A stretch of DNA of 64,000 nucleotides from Owenia fusiformis. Lineage: Eukaryota. The stretch is taken from positions 24,366,001-24,430,000 of the forward strand of contig CAIIXF020000001.1 of the NCBI GenBank assembly GCA_903813345.2, in the 5' to 3' direction. Positions within the stretch are counted from its first letter, which is position 1; every line of letters starts with the position of its first letter. Positions 13,032 through 26,335 of the stretch are shown in pieces. The notes beneath the pieces were generated by a model. The model had not been told where the DNA came from. It searched no databases and saw only the letters and a program-made list of their open reading frames with translations. The position numbers were made by a program, and so were the translations under genes.

Positions 13032-16000
13032 GATAATATAGTTTATGGCAGGTTATGATTGCTAATGTCTACTTTATGGCTAGAACCTGAGGCTGAAGGA
13101 TACCTCTTTTTCATAAATATGTTTTTGTAACTGTATTACCAGCAACACTGAACTGGCATTCACTAGATACACTTGATGCAGGAATAGAAGGAAATCTGGC
13201 AGCTTATGCTGCAATTCTAATATAACAATTGGTATCAAGATATTCTTGTTGTTGACACTTTGGTCCCATGGCACACCCATTTCAGAGCCACTTTTTCTGT
13301 TAGGGGGTACAACTTGTTTTAAGTTATTTATGGCTTCTTGGAAATTTGAGATCGCACCAGGAGTGCTATGGATTACACTGCCGTCATTAAGTTCAACTCA
13401 TTTAAGCTTGACATTTGTAACCTTTGTCTTGTTAGTAGATGGGTTAACTACATTTGGACTTCATTGTATGATGCAAATGTCCCCTTTGGCATGGAAGTAC
13501 CTTAGGGCAATATAAATAAATTTATCCAAAGACACAAGCTAGATGGCGCTTTATATTGGAAATATACACATTTTTCAAAATGGCCGCCAAAAATTCATCA
13601 GAGACAATATTTTTGATTCTGTGCATGCTACAATTATAAGATTGGTGTAAAAAAAAGACAGCGATGTAGTCGTAGAATCTATTTTATTAGATCTTGAGTC
13701 TTGAAAATTAAGAACTTCCACTTTATATTCAAAATATACGCGTTTTTCAAAATGACTGCCAGAAATATTACAAAGAAGATATCTTGCTTTACGAATACTT
13801 ACAAATTAAGATTTTTTACCTTACAAAATGTCCCCTTTGGCATTGACATACCTTAGGGCAATAGAAACAAATTTACCCAATGACACAAGCTAGATGGCGC
13901 TTTATATTGGAAATATACACATTTTTCGAAATGGCCGCCAAAAATACATCAGAGACAATAGTTTTGCTTCTGTGCATGCTACAATTATAAGAGTGGTGTC
14001 AAAAATATATTAATGTAGTTGTAGAATCTATTTAATTAGGTTTCGAATCTTGTAAATTCAGCACTTGCACTTTATATCCAAAATATATGCATTTTTCAAA
14101 ATGGCTGCCAGAAATATAACAAAGAAGATATCTTCGCTTCTAAGCATGCTGCAATGATAAGAGTGGTGTCAAAGTATACATAATATTGGGTTGTTGAATC
14201 CATTTAAATTGTTCTTTCAAAATAAGAATTTTCACTTTATAGGAAAGTATGCGTTTTTAAAAATGGCCACCAGAAATATAACAATGATGATATCTTCACA
14301 TCAGTGCTTGCCACACTGATGTAACGATTGGTGTCAAGATTTTATATTTATGGGGTATGAGAATCAATTTTATTAAGTCTTGTGAGATTATAGTTTTCAC
14401 TTTGCATTGGAAATATATGCAGCTGAAAATATAACAAAAATTGTATCTTTGCTAACAAAGATTGTACCTTTGCTAACAAAAATTGTATCTTTGCTAACAA
14501 AAAGTGTATCTTTGCTAAAAGTTTCTTTACTTCTGGGCAAAATATTTCATAAAATTGGCTTCAAAATCTACATTTTTTGGGAATGTAAAATCTATTCAAT
14601 TACTCAGATGCAAGTACATGTAGGTAGTCACCACTTTCCCCACCAGGTGGTTAATTCGGGTGAAATAACATTGCAGGGTATTACAAAGTTCCCTTGAACT
14701 TGAATATTCTTAATTTTTAGTGGTTCACATTTCACATCACTCTTTTGTATCTGATAGTTGTACAAACTAAAATATCTCCAGTTAAAGAAAATATTATCTG
14801 CACAACACAAGAAAAGATATTTCACTTTTTGTGTTTTACAACATGGGGACTATGGGGAATATCCCTGACCTAAATGTCACATTTTCGAAGAAAATTCAAT
14901 TTTTAAGTTGATGATTATAATCGTTTTCGCCTTAACACAGCAAATGTGTATTTATCTTTCAATGTTCTTTTTACTCAAATTCACCAAAAAGACCAGTGTC
15001 TCTTTAATAACTTGCAATAAACATGCATATGCAATGGTAGTGCAACTTAAGTTGTTGCAATGCAACATACATGTGATATGTGATATGACATGTGAGAAAT
15101 GTGATAGATAGAAACCACTCAGGACAGACATACATATGTACCTACAGTTAGAAAGGGCCAGAAACCTTCTGGCGAGAGAAAATCTTGGAAGATCGGAATA
15201 GATTTCAAGGGCTGCATATTATGACAGTATTGCAGAACCCTCTTCATATCCTCTGACCAAATCATGGACGATGTCTTTGTTTACCGAGTCTTCCACTAAT
15301 CCAACCAACAAACTTTTAAGCTTGTTGTTGATTGGCAACCATTTTGAAAAAGACATGTATGTACACACATACAGCACTGAATATTGTCATATTGAGAAAA
15401 ATATTCTTATTTTCTCATTTCAACATTTAAGAGATTAAAGATTTTAAACGGCAATATGTCTTTCACCATGAGTACTTTCTGGCCATAAATACAGTGTTCA
15501 TTATTAAAAAAAATGTGTTTTATTCCAAGTGAAGTCCCCATGATTGTAGAATATGAATCCAACTTTCTGGAAAATTATGGATTAGGATCCCATCCCTTGA
15601 CACTTTTTTAAAATGTTAAGCTTATTTTGTAAAAAGATGATCTTGTTTTTCTCAATTAAAACATATCAAAAGTTGCCTCACTTTATATCAACAATTACTT
15701 AAAAGGGGACGGTATTTGAAATGCACTGAAGTTGAAAACCACATCTCCCATGCTATCCATTGTTTTCAGCATAGTTTCCATCATCGCAAATTGATATTCA
15801 AAACTACACTTTCAAACTATTCTACTTTTGAAGATGTATAAGAGCCCTTATTAGATATAATTTTTTGTAATATTTTCCATAGCCATTGAAAAAAGGCATA
15901 CATTTTCAATAAAAACAAAATGTTTGTTAACTAATAGACATACAGTACAATATCAGAATTTCCGCTGATTTAAACATTTTGGTGACCATTTAGTCAACGC

Positions 16001-16952
16001 TAAAAATTTACCCTGCGTGCAGAGTCTAGTTAAACTACACTCTGCCTAGTAGAGACCATATTACAGTTTAGTAGCCCCGCCCCCACGACAGGTACTGGTG
16101 ACAGTTAGGGTAATAATTAATCACTTTTGACATACGCGCTGACCTTTCTTCCACTAATCAGCGAGCTTGAAGAAACATACGCCAAATGCGTTCTAATTAA
16201 ATATGCGCATGTCATTGGTCAATTCCGAGCTCAACGATGACGTCAGAAGGAATGACCATATATAGAACGTCGGTCAAATTTGGCCGACGGACACTGATTG
16301 GCGCGGTGAGTTCACAGGTTTATTTTAGTTTGAAAGAGTGAAGACGGAGCTCTCTTTTAAGAAGTGAAGTCAAACGAATACAAAGGGTACTAAAAATTAT
16401 ATTTAGACAATAAAAAAATTGAGATCTAATTTAATATAATGTAACCATACCTTGACGACATATCTAGTAAGTAATAGCTAATCAACTCCTTCTCTGGGAC
16501 ATTTTGAATTTTCTGAGGCATTAATCATAAAATTAACACCATCTTCAATTTAATTGAGTACATATGGCCATACTTTGAAGGAATCTGACAAAAATTGCAA
16601 AATCATACATAAGACAGACGATGTTCTGACAGACTGACGGACGGAGGGCTTCACTACATCCCTACTGAACTTTCTTCGTTGGGAAAATAAAGACTATAAA
16701 CCTTATCAAATGAATTCCACCCCCCATTAATGTATACTTGAACATCAATCTTACTATTGAAGCATGCATAACAAGTGAAGATATCATCTTTGTTACATCT
16801 CTGGCGGCCATTTTGAAAAAGGCATAATTTTTTGATATAAAGAGGAAGTTCCTAATTTTCAAGTCTCAAACCCATACTAAATTGATTCTTCACTCACAGT
16901 ATGTATTTTTAGCCACCAATCGTATCATTATAGTATGCATAGAAGAAAACAT

Positions 16953-18920
16953 CCCTTACGGAAAATAAAAGCTGTGACAGCGCTGCTACAGCGCTGTCGC
17001 AGCGCTGTGACAGCATATAGGCTTAAACTGATGGCTGGATCAATTTCAGCGACAATGCTCTCACATCCATACGCTGCGAGAACGCTGTGAGAGCGCTGTC
17101 ACAGCATTCTATTTCCATCCATCACTGCGAGAGGGATGTGACAGTAATTAAGTGGCTGGATCAATTACAGCAACATGCTATCTTAGCCAGAGTTTGTGGC
17201 AGCGCTCTCACAGCGCTCTCACAGCCCTCTCACAGCAGGAAGTACCAATGCATTGTGGGTTAAAAAATTCAAACTGAAAATCAGTTAGAGCAGGAAGTTT
17301 GTAGGAGGAAAAAGCAAAGGAATTATGCTGAAATGGCCATCATATCATTACTGATTTATAAAGCACATGTAAGGTATTGCACTACTGATTATTTATAGAT
17401 ACCTTTGGAATGTTTTAGTGATCTAAGGAAAAGGATCAAATGATATGAATTTTGTGCAAGTTAGTACTGGTTAAACTAGAAGTCTGAAATATCAATGTAT
17501 AGTCCATATAAACTATATGTCCATATAAAGACTTGCAGATGAACTTTGTAATTTCAGAAAATTCCAGGTTGGTTCACATTTGATAAGTTGAATTGGTTAA
17601 ATGACTTAAAATATGTATGCAAAAATGCTAAAGGAAATGACCAAAAATTGTTGCAGAACCCATCCAGACATAAGAAAAAAACATGTTGGGCCTGAAGCCA
17701 ATGAGGGGGTCACCTTTCAGAAAATTCACAGTTGGTTCACCCCTCCTCCCTCTCCTGCCAGTCATAAGGAAAACAAACTCCAGCTAATTTCATGGCCAGT
17801 TCATTTAAATATGAATATAAATGAGTTGGTCATGAATTAGTAGGTTAATCCATCAGCCAACAACCAGCAGTTGGATTGGCAAATGTTAGCTAAGTCGATC
17901 AAGTCAAAGAGAGTAATTGTTTATGAAACTTGTCAAATAATAGTACAATAACGTCATTTCCAAGGGCAATATAGTGAAATATTGGGCTGAGGGCCGAAGG
18001 CCCAAGGTCCAATATTTCACTATATTGCTCGCAGAAATGACTTTATTAGTATTATTACCACTGTTGACGACCAGGGCTGAAATAGCAAGAAAATCTTACG
18101 CATTGAACGATATCTAATTTCCCAGGGAAAAATTGCCGGTCCAGAATATATTCTACACCGGTCCATATGGACCACCACTATGACGTCACACATTTCTCAG
18201 GTCGATATAGTAAAAAAATGAATGCCTTCTAAACAAGCACTAAAACCCCTAGAACTGGCCCGGCAAGGTGGTAATAACTGGTAATAATAAAGGTTGGAAA
18301 CAAAAGAAATAGCTAATAATTGCTCCCCTTAGCAGGCACTCCAATCTCAACCCATATTATTAAAATCGTTTCTTATTAAAGTTTAGTCAACTAGTCAAAT
18401 AGAGTTACTAATTTCGTTAATGGGATTCATATTAATATTGGTATGTATGCAGCAAAAATAGTGACTGGCCAGGTTTAACAGTGTGACTGGTAAGATGTAA
18501 CAGTTATTTTTTAATTTTGATTACCCATTACTAGTATTACAAGCCTAGAATCTACTTTTTCCATGCTGAATTTGAAATTTATAATTTGAAACGTTTTAAA
18601 GATATTTAGATTTATAGGCTATAGGTAATTAAGATTTATGTGTATGAAGGATACATAATCAATGCCATATATGGCAATGCTGTGACAGCGCTGTCGCAGC
18701 CTCATTTGCATGGTACATTCCGATGGGCTGTCACAGCGCTTTGAGAGCGCTGTCACAGCGCTGTGAGAGCGCTGTCGCAGCGCTGTGACAGCGGGCTGTG
18801 AGAGCGCTGTGACAGCGGGCTGCGAGAGCGCTGTGACAGCATGCTGCGAGAGCGCTGTGACAGCGGGCTGTGAGAGCGCTGTGACAGCGGGCTGTGACAG
18901 CCAGTAAATTTGTATAAGGG
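16953..18920. mobile_element. EnSpm/CACTA-like non-autonomous element nested in the Academ-like element
   Basis: Ends CCCTTA / TAAGGG, 2-bp TSD AT, and dense subterminal gcgctgtgaca/gcgctgtgaga repeats at 16968-17235 and 18678-18902. Confidence 0.75.
17936..18277. mobile_element. Second palindrome-headed element (Crypton-like architecture)
   Basis: Palindrome 17936-18056 centred on gggccgaaggccc, plus inverted repeat ttattaccac (18052) / gtggtaataa (to 18277). Confidence 0.55.
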
Positions 18921-21900
18921 ATATTGTCTCCGTTGTATTTTTGGCGGCCATTTTGAAAAATTTGAATATTTCCAATATAAAGCGCCATCTGGCGTGTGTC
19001 TTTGGATAAATTTGATTCTATGGTCCTAAGGTACTCTCATGTCAAAGGAAACGTTTGCATCATAGATTGAAGTCCTGACCCCCTAAAATGCAGTTAACCC
19101 ATCTACTATGTTGGGGAAAATCAAAGCCAACTTATGACATGAGGAGTCATGCATGGTGAATCGATTTAATACTCTTAGCAGAGCAGTCCTTTTCTATCCT
19201 CCTTGTATGTGGTAAATTGCTCATTGTTGAGTTTTAATTTATGGGTTCTTGGTTTTCTCTTTGGATTATTTACAAAGTAAGGATTGTTCTTTGAGTCCGA
19301 ACCCATCCATGAATCAAGAGAACTTTTCAATGATTATTGATTATATTCTCTTTGTAACAATTCAAGCTTTAAACAAATATTTTCCTCCATTTTCAACGAT
19401 AAAAAGTGACTCTACAAGTAGCATTGTTACTGGGAAAGATGAGGCCATTGATGTATAAGAATAACTGATTTGTGTGATAAGCCATTATGAAAGAAATTTC
19501 AACAGAATAGTGCTAAGAACATATTTGCTTTCTGTGAGTGGTCTGTCACACAAAGCATGTTGGGAACACTTGTCTAAAAGGAACAGGTTTGGCCATTCCA
19601 AAGAGTGCATTTCTTTTTTTTTTACTTTTAACACTGCAATAGAAAACGCCTTATTTTTTTTATTTCAGTGCTCTGTAATGAAAAATATGATTTTAAGATA
19701 GAACATGGTTGAACTGAAGAACGAAACAAAAATAAGCTCATATTAAAATTGCATTGATCAGATCTTAAAGATATACCATAGCTTTCTCGCCCAGCCAATC
19801 AATGGCATGCCATTATTATTGCTCATATAATATCTCACATACCATGGATATATCTTTAGAATAAGGTATGGGTATTCAATTGCCGCAATATTGAAAGAAT
19901 CAACAGAACAACCGACCTTAAGAATTAAACACAATTGATTCCTCGGCTAGCGAGGGGAACCCCCGTTGAGTCATCAAAGTGCCCACACGCACTTTGAACC
20001 AGGCAGCCAATCAGGTTCATGATAAACAAATTCAACTAACAATCAGATAACAGGGGATTTTCCTGGTATATTCAAACTTCAGAATTAATTTCCATGAAAT
20101 AATCAGATCGGTCAGTACAATCTCAAAATTATCACTGAAAGCAGAGGATTTGGGACTTCTGCGTTGGTAAGTAGAGAGGTGCATATGTGGTGAATCTCAA
20201 TATGCAAAGAGTCTTGCTTGTACTACCCTATGGTATAGAGTCTCTTTAAAGAAAAACCAAGAAAAATAGCCTAATAGCGACTTATCAAGGGCGACAAGTC
20301 ATGTTAGTCCAATGAGCAGTACAGTGTACGTCAATCATCCAGGGTTAATCATGTACTGAAGCTAGTACAGTATGCAACAATATGAAGGTTAAGATTAGCA
20401 TAAATAGCCCATTTACCTATACTAAGCATTATTTTACCTAAGTTACAGGGTTTGTGATATGTTATTTCCTATAATTGGCCAAAGGTGATTGGGAAATGTA
20501 TCTTTTTATCCAACAAATTATGTCGTTTATAGATCAAATACCATTCATTAAACTTCAGAGTAGTGACAACAAACATTTTTTTTCGATCTTCAAACACAAC
20601 CATTGATGTTCTAAAGATGTCATGGGATGATGCATAGAATTGTTGAATTTTTACATTCTTCATCAATTTTGCTTATTGTAAATGTATGAAATTGGTCATT
20701 TTCTCATGGTTTTAATTGATTAATTTTACTATTTTTTCACTCTCATTGCTGGATTATGCTAGAAATTTAACATTTCTCCTGAAGTCACTGCCCCTTTAGC
20801 AACACACCCTTTAACAACCCCCCCCCCTTTACAGTAGCTACACCACACTCTTTTTTTAAATGTATAAGGTGGATCCCGGCTATGGCATTAATGGTTGAGA
20901 AATAGGGATCAAAACCAGTCATAGTTTTCTCCTGATGACCATTGTGAATTATTGTGTTTTATGGATTATGGCGACGGCTTTTGTAAATAATGGATGTTGA
21001 CCCTTTGAAATGCCTATGGACTTGGAGACTGGATTTTATCAATCTCACATCATTTGAGACTGAATGCTCTATCTTGTATGAGTATTTGTATCTACAACTA
21101 TTTTTGATGTTATGAGTATTGGATATCAATTTCTAATTTTTTCTTCAACATGTATTGTATTGACTTCAGTATGAATGAAATGTCCCTTGGTGTTCTGGGC
21201 TTGGATTGTGATATCGGTTCTTGAATGGTGGGGGAAAGGGGGTATTAGACATTGTTTCTTTTCACATTAGATCATGGTTTTGGGATATATGTTTTTTTTT
21301 CTTAACTGGTATGCACTTAGAGTTTGCCTTTTCTTGCTAAGTTCCATTACAACTTTTGGTCCTTTCCCTTTGGCACTTGTGCTTAGATATTTAACAGTTC
21401 TTGGTCGTGACATATACTGTTAGATGCCATTTAGATTAGTGTTGATATTGAATAAAGAATACATTGATGTTTACAAATATGAGAAAGCATAATTTCAATT
21501 CAATTTGTTCATTTCAAAATTCCATCATACACTATTTCAGAAATAACATGAAAAAGACACCCCAAGGGGCGTATATATTCCATGGGTCATAATTTTTGAT
21601 AGTAATGTTTTAGTCGTAGATCAAAAGCTGAATGAATCAAAATGAAAGAGATTAGTATACTTTATGAAAAATGGCAAAGGTGAAGTTGAATTCAAAAGAG
21701 CTTTTAATGGATTTTTATGAGTTGCTCGTAGCACTTTGTCTCAGTGACTCTAAAATACTATTGCTGGCACTGATCTAAAAATCAGGAGACTTTCTTAAAT
21801 ATTTTTTGTGTCCGTTTGTGTCAGCCACAGACATGAGACAGTTTTTGGTTAATACTATATTGATTGACATGTTTTTACGTTCATCTCCGCGTTTATGAGG

Positions 21901-22784
21901 CATTGATCAATGCGTTTATCATTAACCTATTTTTGTGTTTATTTTTGAAATAATTTAAACATTAAAACTTGTTTATGTGTTTCTATTTTAACACAAAAAT
22001 GTGTTTCAGGGCTTGCAACAGATAATTGACATGAAAATGTTTTTATCTCTAATAATGTGTTAATAAAGTGTTTATGTTTAATGCTTCTGAAACACTTAAA
22101 AAACACCAAGAATAAAATGTTATAAAAGTTCACATTTTATTCAAAATAATCAATATTGAATGAATTGAGCTACAGCTTTGAATGTCAGTATCTTACATAT
22201 ATTTCAATACTAAAGACTAATGAGTAAAATTTTAACTAAATATTTTTGGATAGTTCTTCACATACAGTAGTTTCTCACTTATGTTTTCCACATATCATTG
22301 TAGTTCTCCCTACCTATATAGGTCACAATTATACATTATTGTATAAGGACAAAGTTTGTTTTTGACTCTGTTACATACTGACCATAAAAAATTGTTGAAT
22401 TGAAATGTCTGTTATCACATATTTCTATTTCAATTGTCTTTCAAATTTTTATCTTTGAGCTATATTTAATAAGTTCATTCCCTTTTTAAAGGAAGATGGT
22501 TCTCCTACAACTTTTTCTTGTAGAAAACCAAGACATTGAGTGTATATTGCAGGGTATTCTAAATTACAAATATAATAGACACATAGACTTAAAATAATGG
22601 CTTGCTTGATTGTACAGTCTGTTACCCGGATGAAATCTTTTTGGCGCTTTTCAAGCCACTCTCTATCTCTTCCTCTACTGTTTACATTCCTAGTTTACTT
22701 CTTTCTTTCTCTACTTTATTAGGTTGACTTATCTTTGTCAACTTCCTTACTCTGTTGTGTAGATTTTGTCTTATCATCACTCGA

Positions 22785-22852
22785 TTTCTTATTGTCTCTA
22801 TCAGTGGGTTTCTTATTGTCTCTATCAGTGGGTTTCTTATTGTCTCTATCAG
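22785..22852. repeat. 24-bp tandem repeat, ~2.8 copies
   Basis: tttcttattgtctctatcagtggg repeated. Confidence 0.9.
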
Positions 22853-23570
22853 ATTAGACATGATGGAGAAACGAAATGGCAGACATGTGGCAATTATCTT
22901 TGCCTAGCTATGTTTGAGTGTTAAAGAACCATACCAGGAGTCCTGACCAGGAGTCATGGCTTTGGTAATATACATACGTTTTTCTCATTAAATGTCTTGC
23001 AAAACCAATATCTTTATAATGGTACATAAAATGGTTCTCCATCCAACTGGGTTAATCTGAAATGGAATTCAAGATAATTTATGGATTGCATAGTTATTTA
23101 TCAAATGCTTTTTCTTAAAAGATAGAAAACTTTCTCCCATGAAAAGATAATACAATACAAAGATACAGGTAATGACATGGGAAACATTTGAACAAAGAGG
23201 CTCTCTATTGCATACATATTTTTGAGAACATTCAGAACCATATATGCATGAATTAGCATCCTCAACCATTTAATCTCTCTGGTGAACACTTGCTTCATCA
23301 AATCTGGAGCTTCAACATGAAGATTGTAGCTGTCCACCTGAAATATGTCCCTAGTTTTTCTCTCTTCTATGATGGTTTCCATGAGCGTTTCTTTTTCTAC
23401 ATTACCTAAAACATTTGAGAATCAATAATATGGCTTAAGAAATAACATTAAGTTAATCTGTTGTGATATGCTGAAGTTAACTGCAGATTTCTAGTATATA
23501 GGACTTTAATTTTTTCAAAAATAGACCTCACATCTTCTCTGGGGAAGGATAGTATCTTAAATAATCTATT

Positions 23571-24062
23571 CACTAATGTTTGACCTACAGGTCATTTATA
23601 ATAGAGGACTCGGATAAAAATTTCAGAACCCCTATTTCAAACATCCATAGGCCTATTCCAATGGCAATATCAGTATCATACCTTTCACATCAATAGATCC
23701 AATAAATCAAATCTTGCAGATCTTGTTACCCTCAGGCTCTTCTGCTGCCTCTCTATCTGCTTCCTTCTCATGCTCATCATGATCATGAGTCTTGTTACCC
23801 TCAGGCTCATCCGCTCTCTCTCTCTCTATCTCTCTCTATCTCTCACTAATGTTTGACCTACAGGTCATTTATATAGAGGACTCGGATAAAAATTTCAGAA
23901 CCCCTATTTCAAACATCCATAGGCCTATTCCAATGGCAATATCAGTATCATACGTTTCACATCAATAGATCCAATAAATCAAATCTTGCAGATCTTGTTA
24001 CCCTCAGGCTCTTCTGCTGCCTCTCTATCTGCTTCCATGTCATGCTCATCATGGTCATGAGT
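23571..24062. repeat. Recent tandem duplication (~273-bp period) with a (CT)n tract at the junction
   Basis: cactaatgtttgacctacaggtc... starts at 23571 and again at 23844, near-identical for ~220 bp. Confidence 0.9.
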
Positions 24063-24586
24063 GCAAGGCAGGAAATAAAGGTGTATTGTTAAGTATTTGC
24101 TTAATAAATATTGCTAATTTTGCAATTTTATCTAATTTTATCTTATTTTTAATAATATTTGGTTGTGGGCATTGCATTGCCCATGACCAGCCTTTAACAT
24201 AGCAATCGAAAATAACTTTATTTAAGAATGTAAATGGTAAGGTACATTTGTGGTTCAATTTACCATATCAGTGGTGGGTCAGAGTGGTATATTTGAAATG
24301 ATTGTGCAGGGTATTGACCAGACAGAGGAAAAAAACATTGAAATATTAATCAAAATTCCCCTAGGACCAATCACCCGAGCTAAAAATAAGTGTAAGACCT
24401 AATTGCTTTATATGAATCCAGTGGGCATAAAATGTTGTTTCTCAAAAACTGCTAAGCTGCTGACCTGAAATTATAAAATGGGATATCAAAGAATTGAACT
24501 ATTAAAAATTAATCTCTTAAAGAGGCCTCTCTCAATTACCATATTGGGTTCATAAATTATGTCAATTTTGGAGAAAATATTTATAA

Positions 24587-26095
24587 CTAGATTGGTAAAT
24601 TGAACAAAGTTCAATTTAAGACTCCAGATTGATTTACTTGAGTAAAGAGCTGAGTAGGAAGTTGAGTAAGTAGATGATTAAGTAATTGAGTAACCAGCTG
24701 AGTAGGTAGCTGAATAAGTAGCTAAGTAGGTAGCCGAGTATGTAGGTAGGTAGGTAGGGAAGTAGGAATTTTTGACCGGAAGTCAGATTGAAATTTGGTT
24801 TGCAGATTCAGATTCCTGGGAAAATTCTACCCTTATTTCATAACTTAAACATTAAAGGACGATTCTCGGTTTGGAGAACAGTCTCCTGGGCTAATAATTT
24901 TTTCATGAAAAATATAGAAATATTACCCAAATTAAACTATGAATATTCAAAAGAGGACATTTAAATCTACAAGATGTAAAAATAACAAATTGGTCTGAAG
25001 CAGGGATAACGCTCAATTAGACCGATTCAATAAAATACAAGTCTCTTTGGGGAAAGAAGTTCATCAGTGTACTGCGCTAATATTTATTTGCGAAATATCT
25101 AGAAATATTACCCAAATTACATTATGACTATGCAAAAGAAGACATTTAAATCTATATTATGTGAAAAAATCAAATTTGTCCGAAGCAGGGATAATGCTCA
25201 TTTAGATTGATGAACTCTGTTCTCCAAACCGAGAATCGTCCTTTGGAGATTTTTTTATTTTGACCCACTTTTAGGACGCCATATCTCAAAAGTGGGTCAA
25301 AATACTTTCTGACGGCAAAAGGCTATCACTATTAACACACTCTTTTCTACCTGTATACAAAATTTTGAAGCAAATCCTAAAAGTGTAGTGCCAGAATCGC
25401 AAAAATAAGAAAAAACTGAATTTGACCTAGATTTTGACCTAGGCATTTTGGTGTCCAAATATTGAAACTAGGTAGCTTATGAGGTCCCCTTCTTTTATAG
25501 GAATTATCTTAAGCTGTACTCAGTCTATATCTCGTATTTTACACTTCAAAAAAATCTTTTTTTCCTTGACTTTCTATCAGGATACCATCAGATCGATTTT
25601 TCTTGAAATTTCAAAACGCCATAGCTTCCGAACGGGAAGTCGGATCGAAATTTGGTTTGCAGATTCGGATTCCAGAGAAAATTCTACCCTTATTTCATAG
25701 CTCATATATTAAATTTGGAGAACCTTTTTAGTTTGACCTACTTTCCGGACGCGATATCTCAAAATCGCTAAGAGTTATCAAAAAACGGATGGCACACTCT
25801 CGATTTGTTTTTTTCTAAGCTACATGGTGAAAAAAAGATGAAGGAGTAACGACAAACAACAACATAGATTATTGACAGAATGTTGATTTGACCTGAATTT
25901 GACCTAGTTCTTGACCTTTGACCTAGATACAAATTTGACCTAATTTCCCAGAAACTAGGTTGATGGGCTATGTTAGCCATGTAAATAGGTTAAAGTAAGT
26001 TGCTGAGAAAAAGTGTTTAGAAAGAAAGAAAGAAAGAAAGAAAGAAAAACTGGCAAAAGCAATAGACTACAGATTTTCTATCTGGAGTCTAATAA
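24587..26095 (-). mobile_element. Helentron-associated (HINE/DINE-1-like) non-autonomous rolling-circle element
   Basis: Minus strand begins ttattagactccagatagaaaatctgtagtcta (subTIR plus hairpin), then (TTTC)n and internal duplicated blocks. It ends atctggagtct + hairpin aaattgaactttgttcaattt + CTAG. Confidence 0.7.
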
Positions 26096-26335
26096 CAAAA
26101 CACAGAGTGAACAATATCACACCCTTTATTAGAATAGACAGTCTTTAAAGGTTTCCTAGGTAAGGGAAAGGATACTAATACTTTATCAACACAAGCCGGA
26201 CAGAGCTACTGCCCTGCCTGTCCATCATTTTGTTGAAGGAAGGTGTCGCACATTAAACACCAATCAGACATGTCTGAAAATATTACACACATTTTTATGT
26301 AATGGCCTGTAATAACCTTATATATCTTATATAAT

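Larger units (their letters stand above)
13433..19108. mobile_element. Academ-like non-autonomous element with internal ~170-180 bp repeats and nested insertions
   Basis: Ends TAGTAGATGGGTTAACT / AGTTAACCCATCTACTA, ~170-bp TIR similarity, 3-bp TSD TGT (13430-13432, 19109-19111). aaaatggc(t/c)gcc units at ~13577, 13749, 13929, 14098, 14260, with inverted units at 16700-16950. Confidence 0.75.

Noticed and set aside
18619-18988. ORFs with QPAVTALS / ARCHSAL repeats
   Set aside because: They are translations of the subterminal repeats of a non-autonomous element.
22785-22852. Regularly spaced repeats as a CRISPR array (also 6795-6890, 51920-52140, 54470-55050)
   Set aside because: No unique constant-length spacers and no cas genes; the context is eukaryotic.
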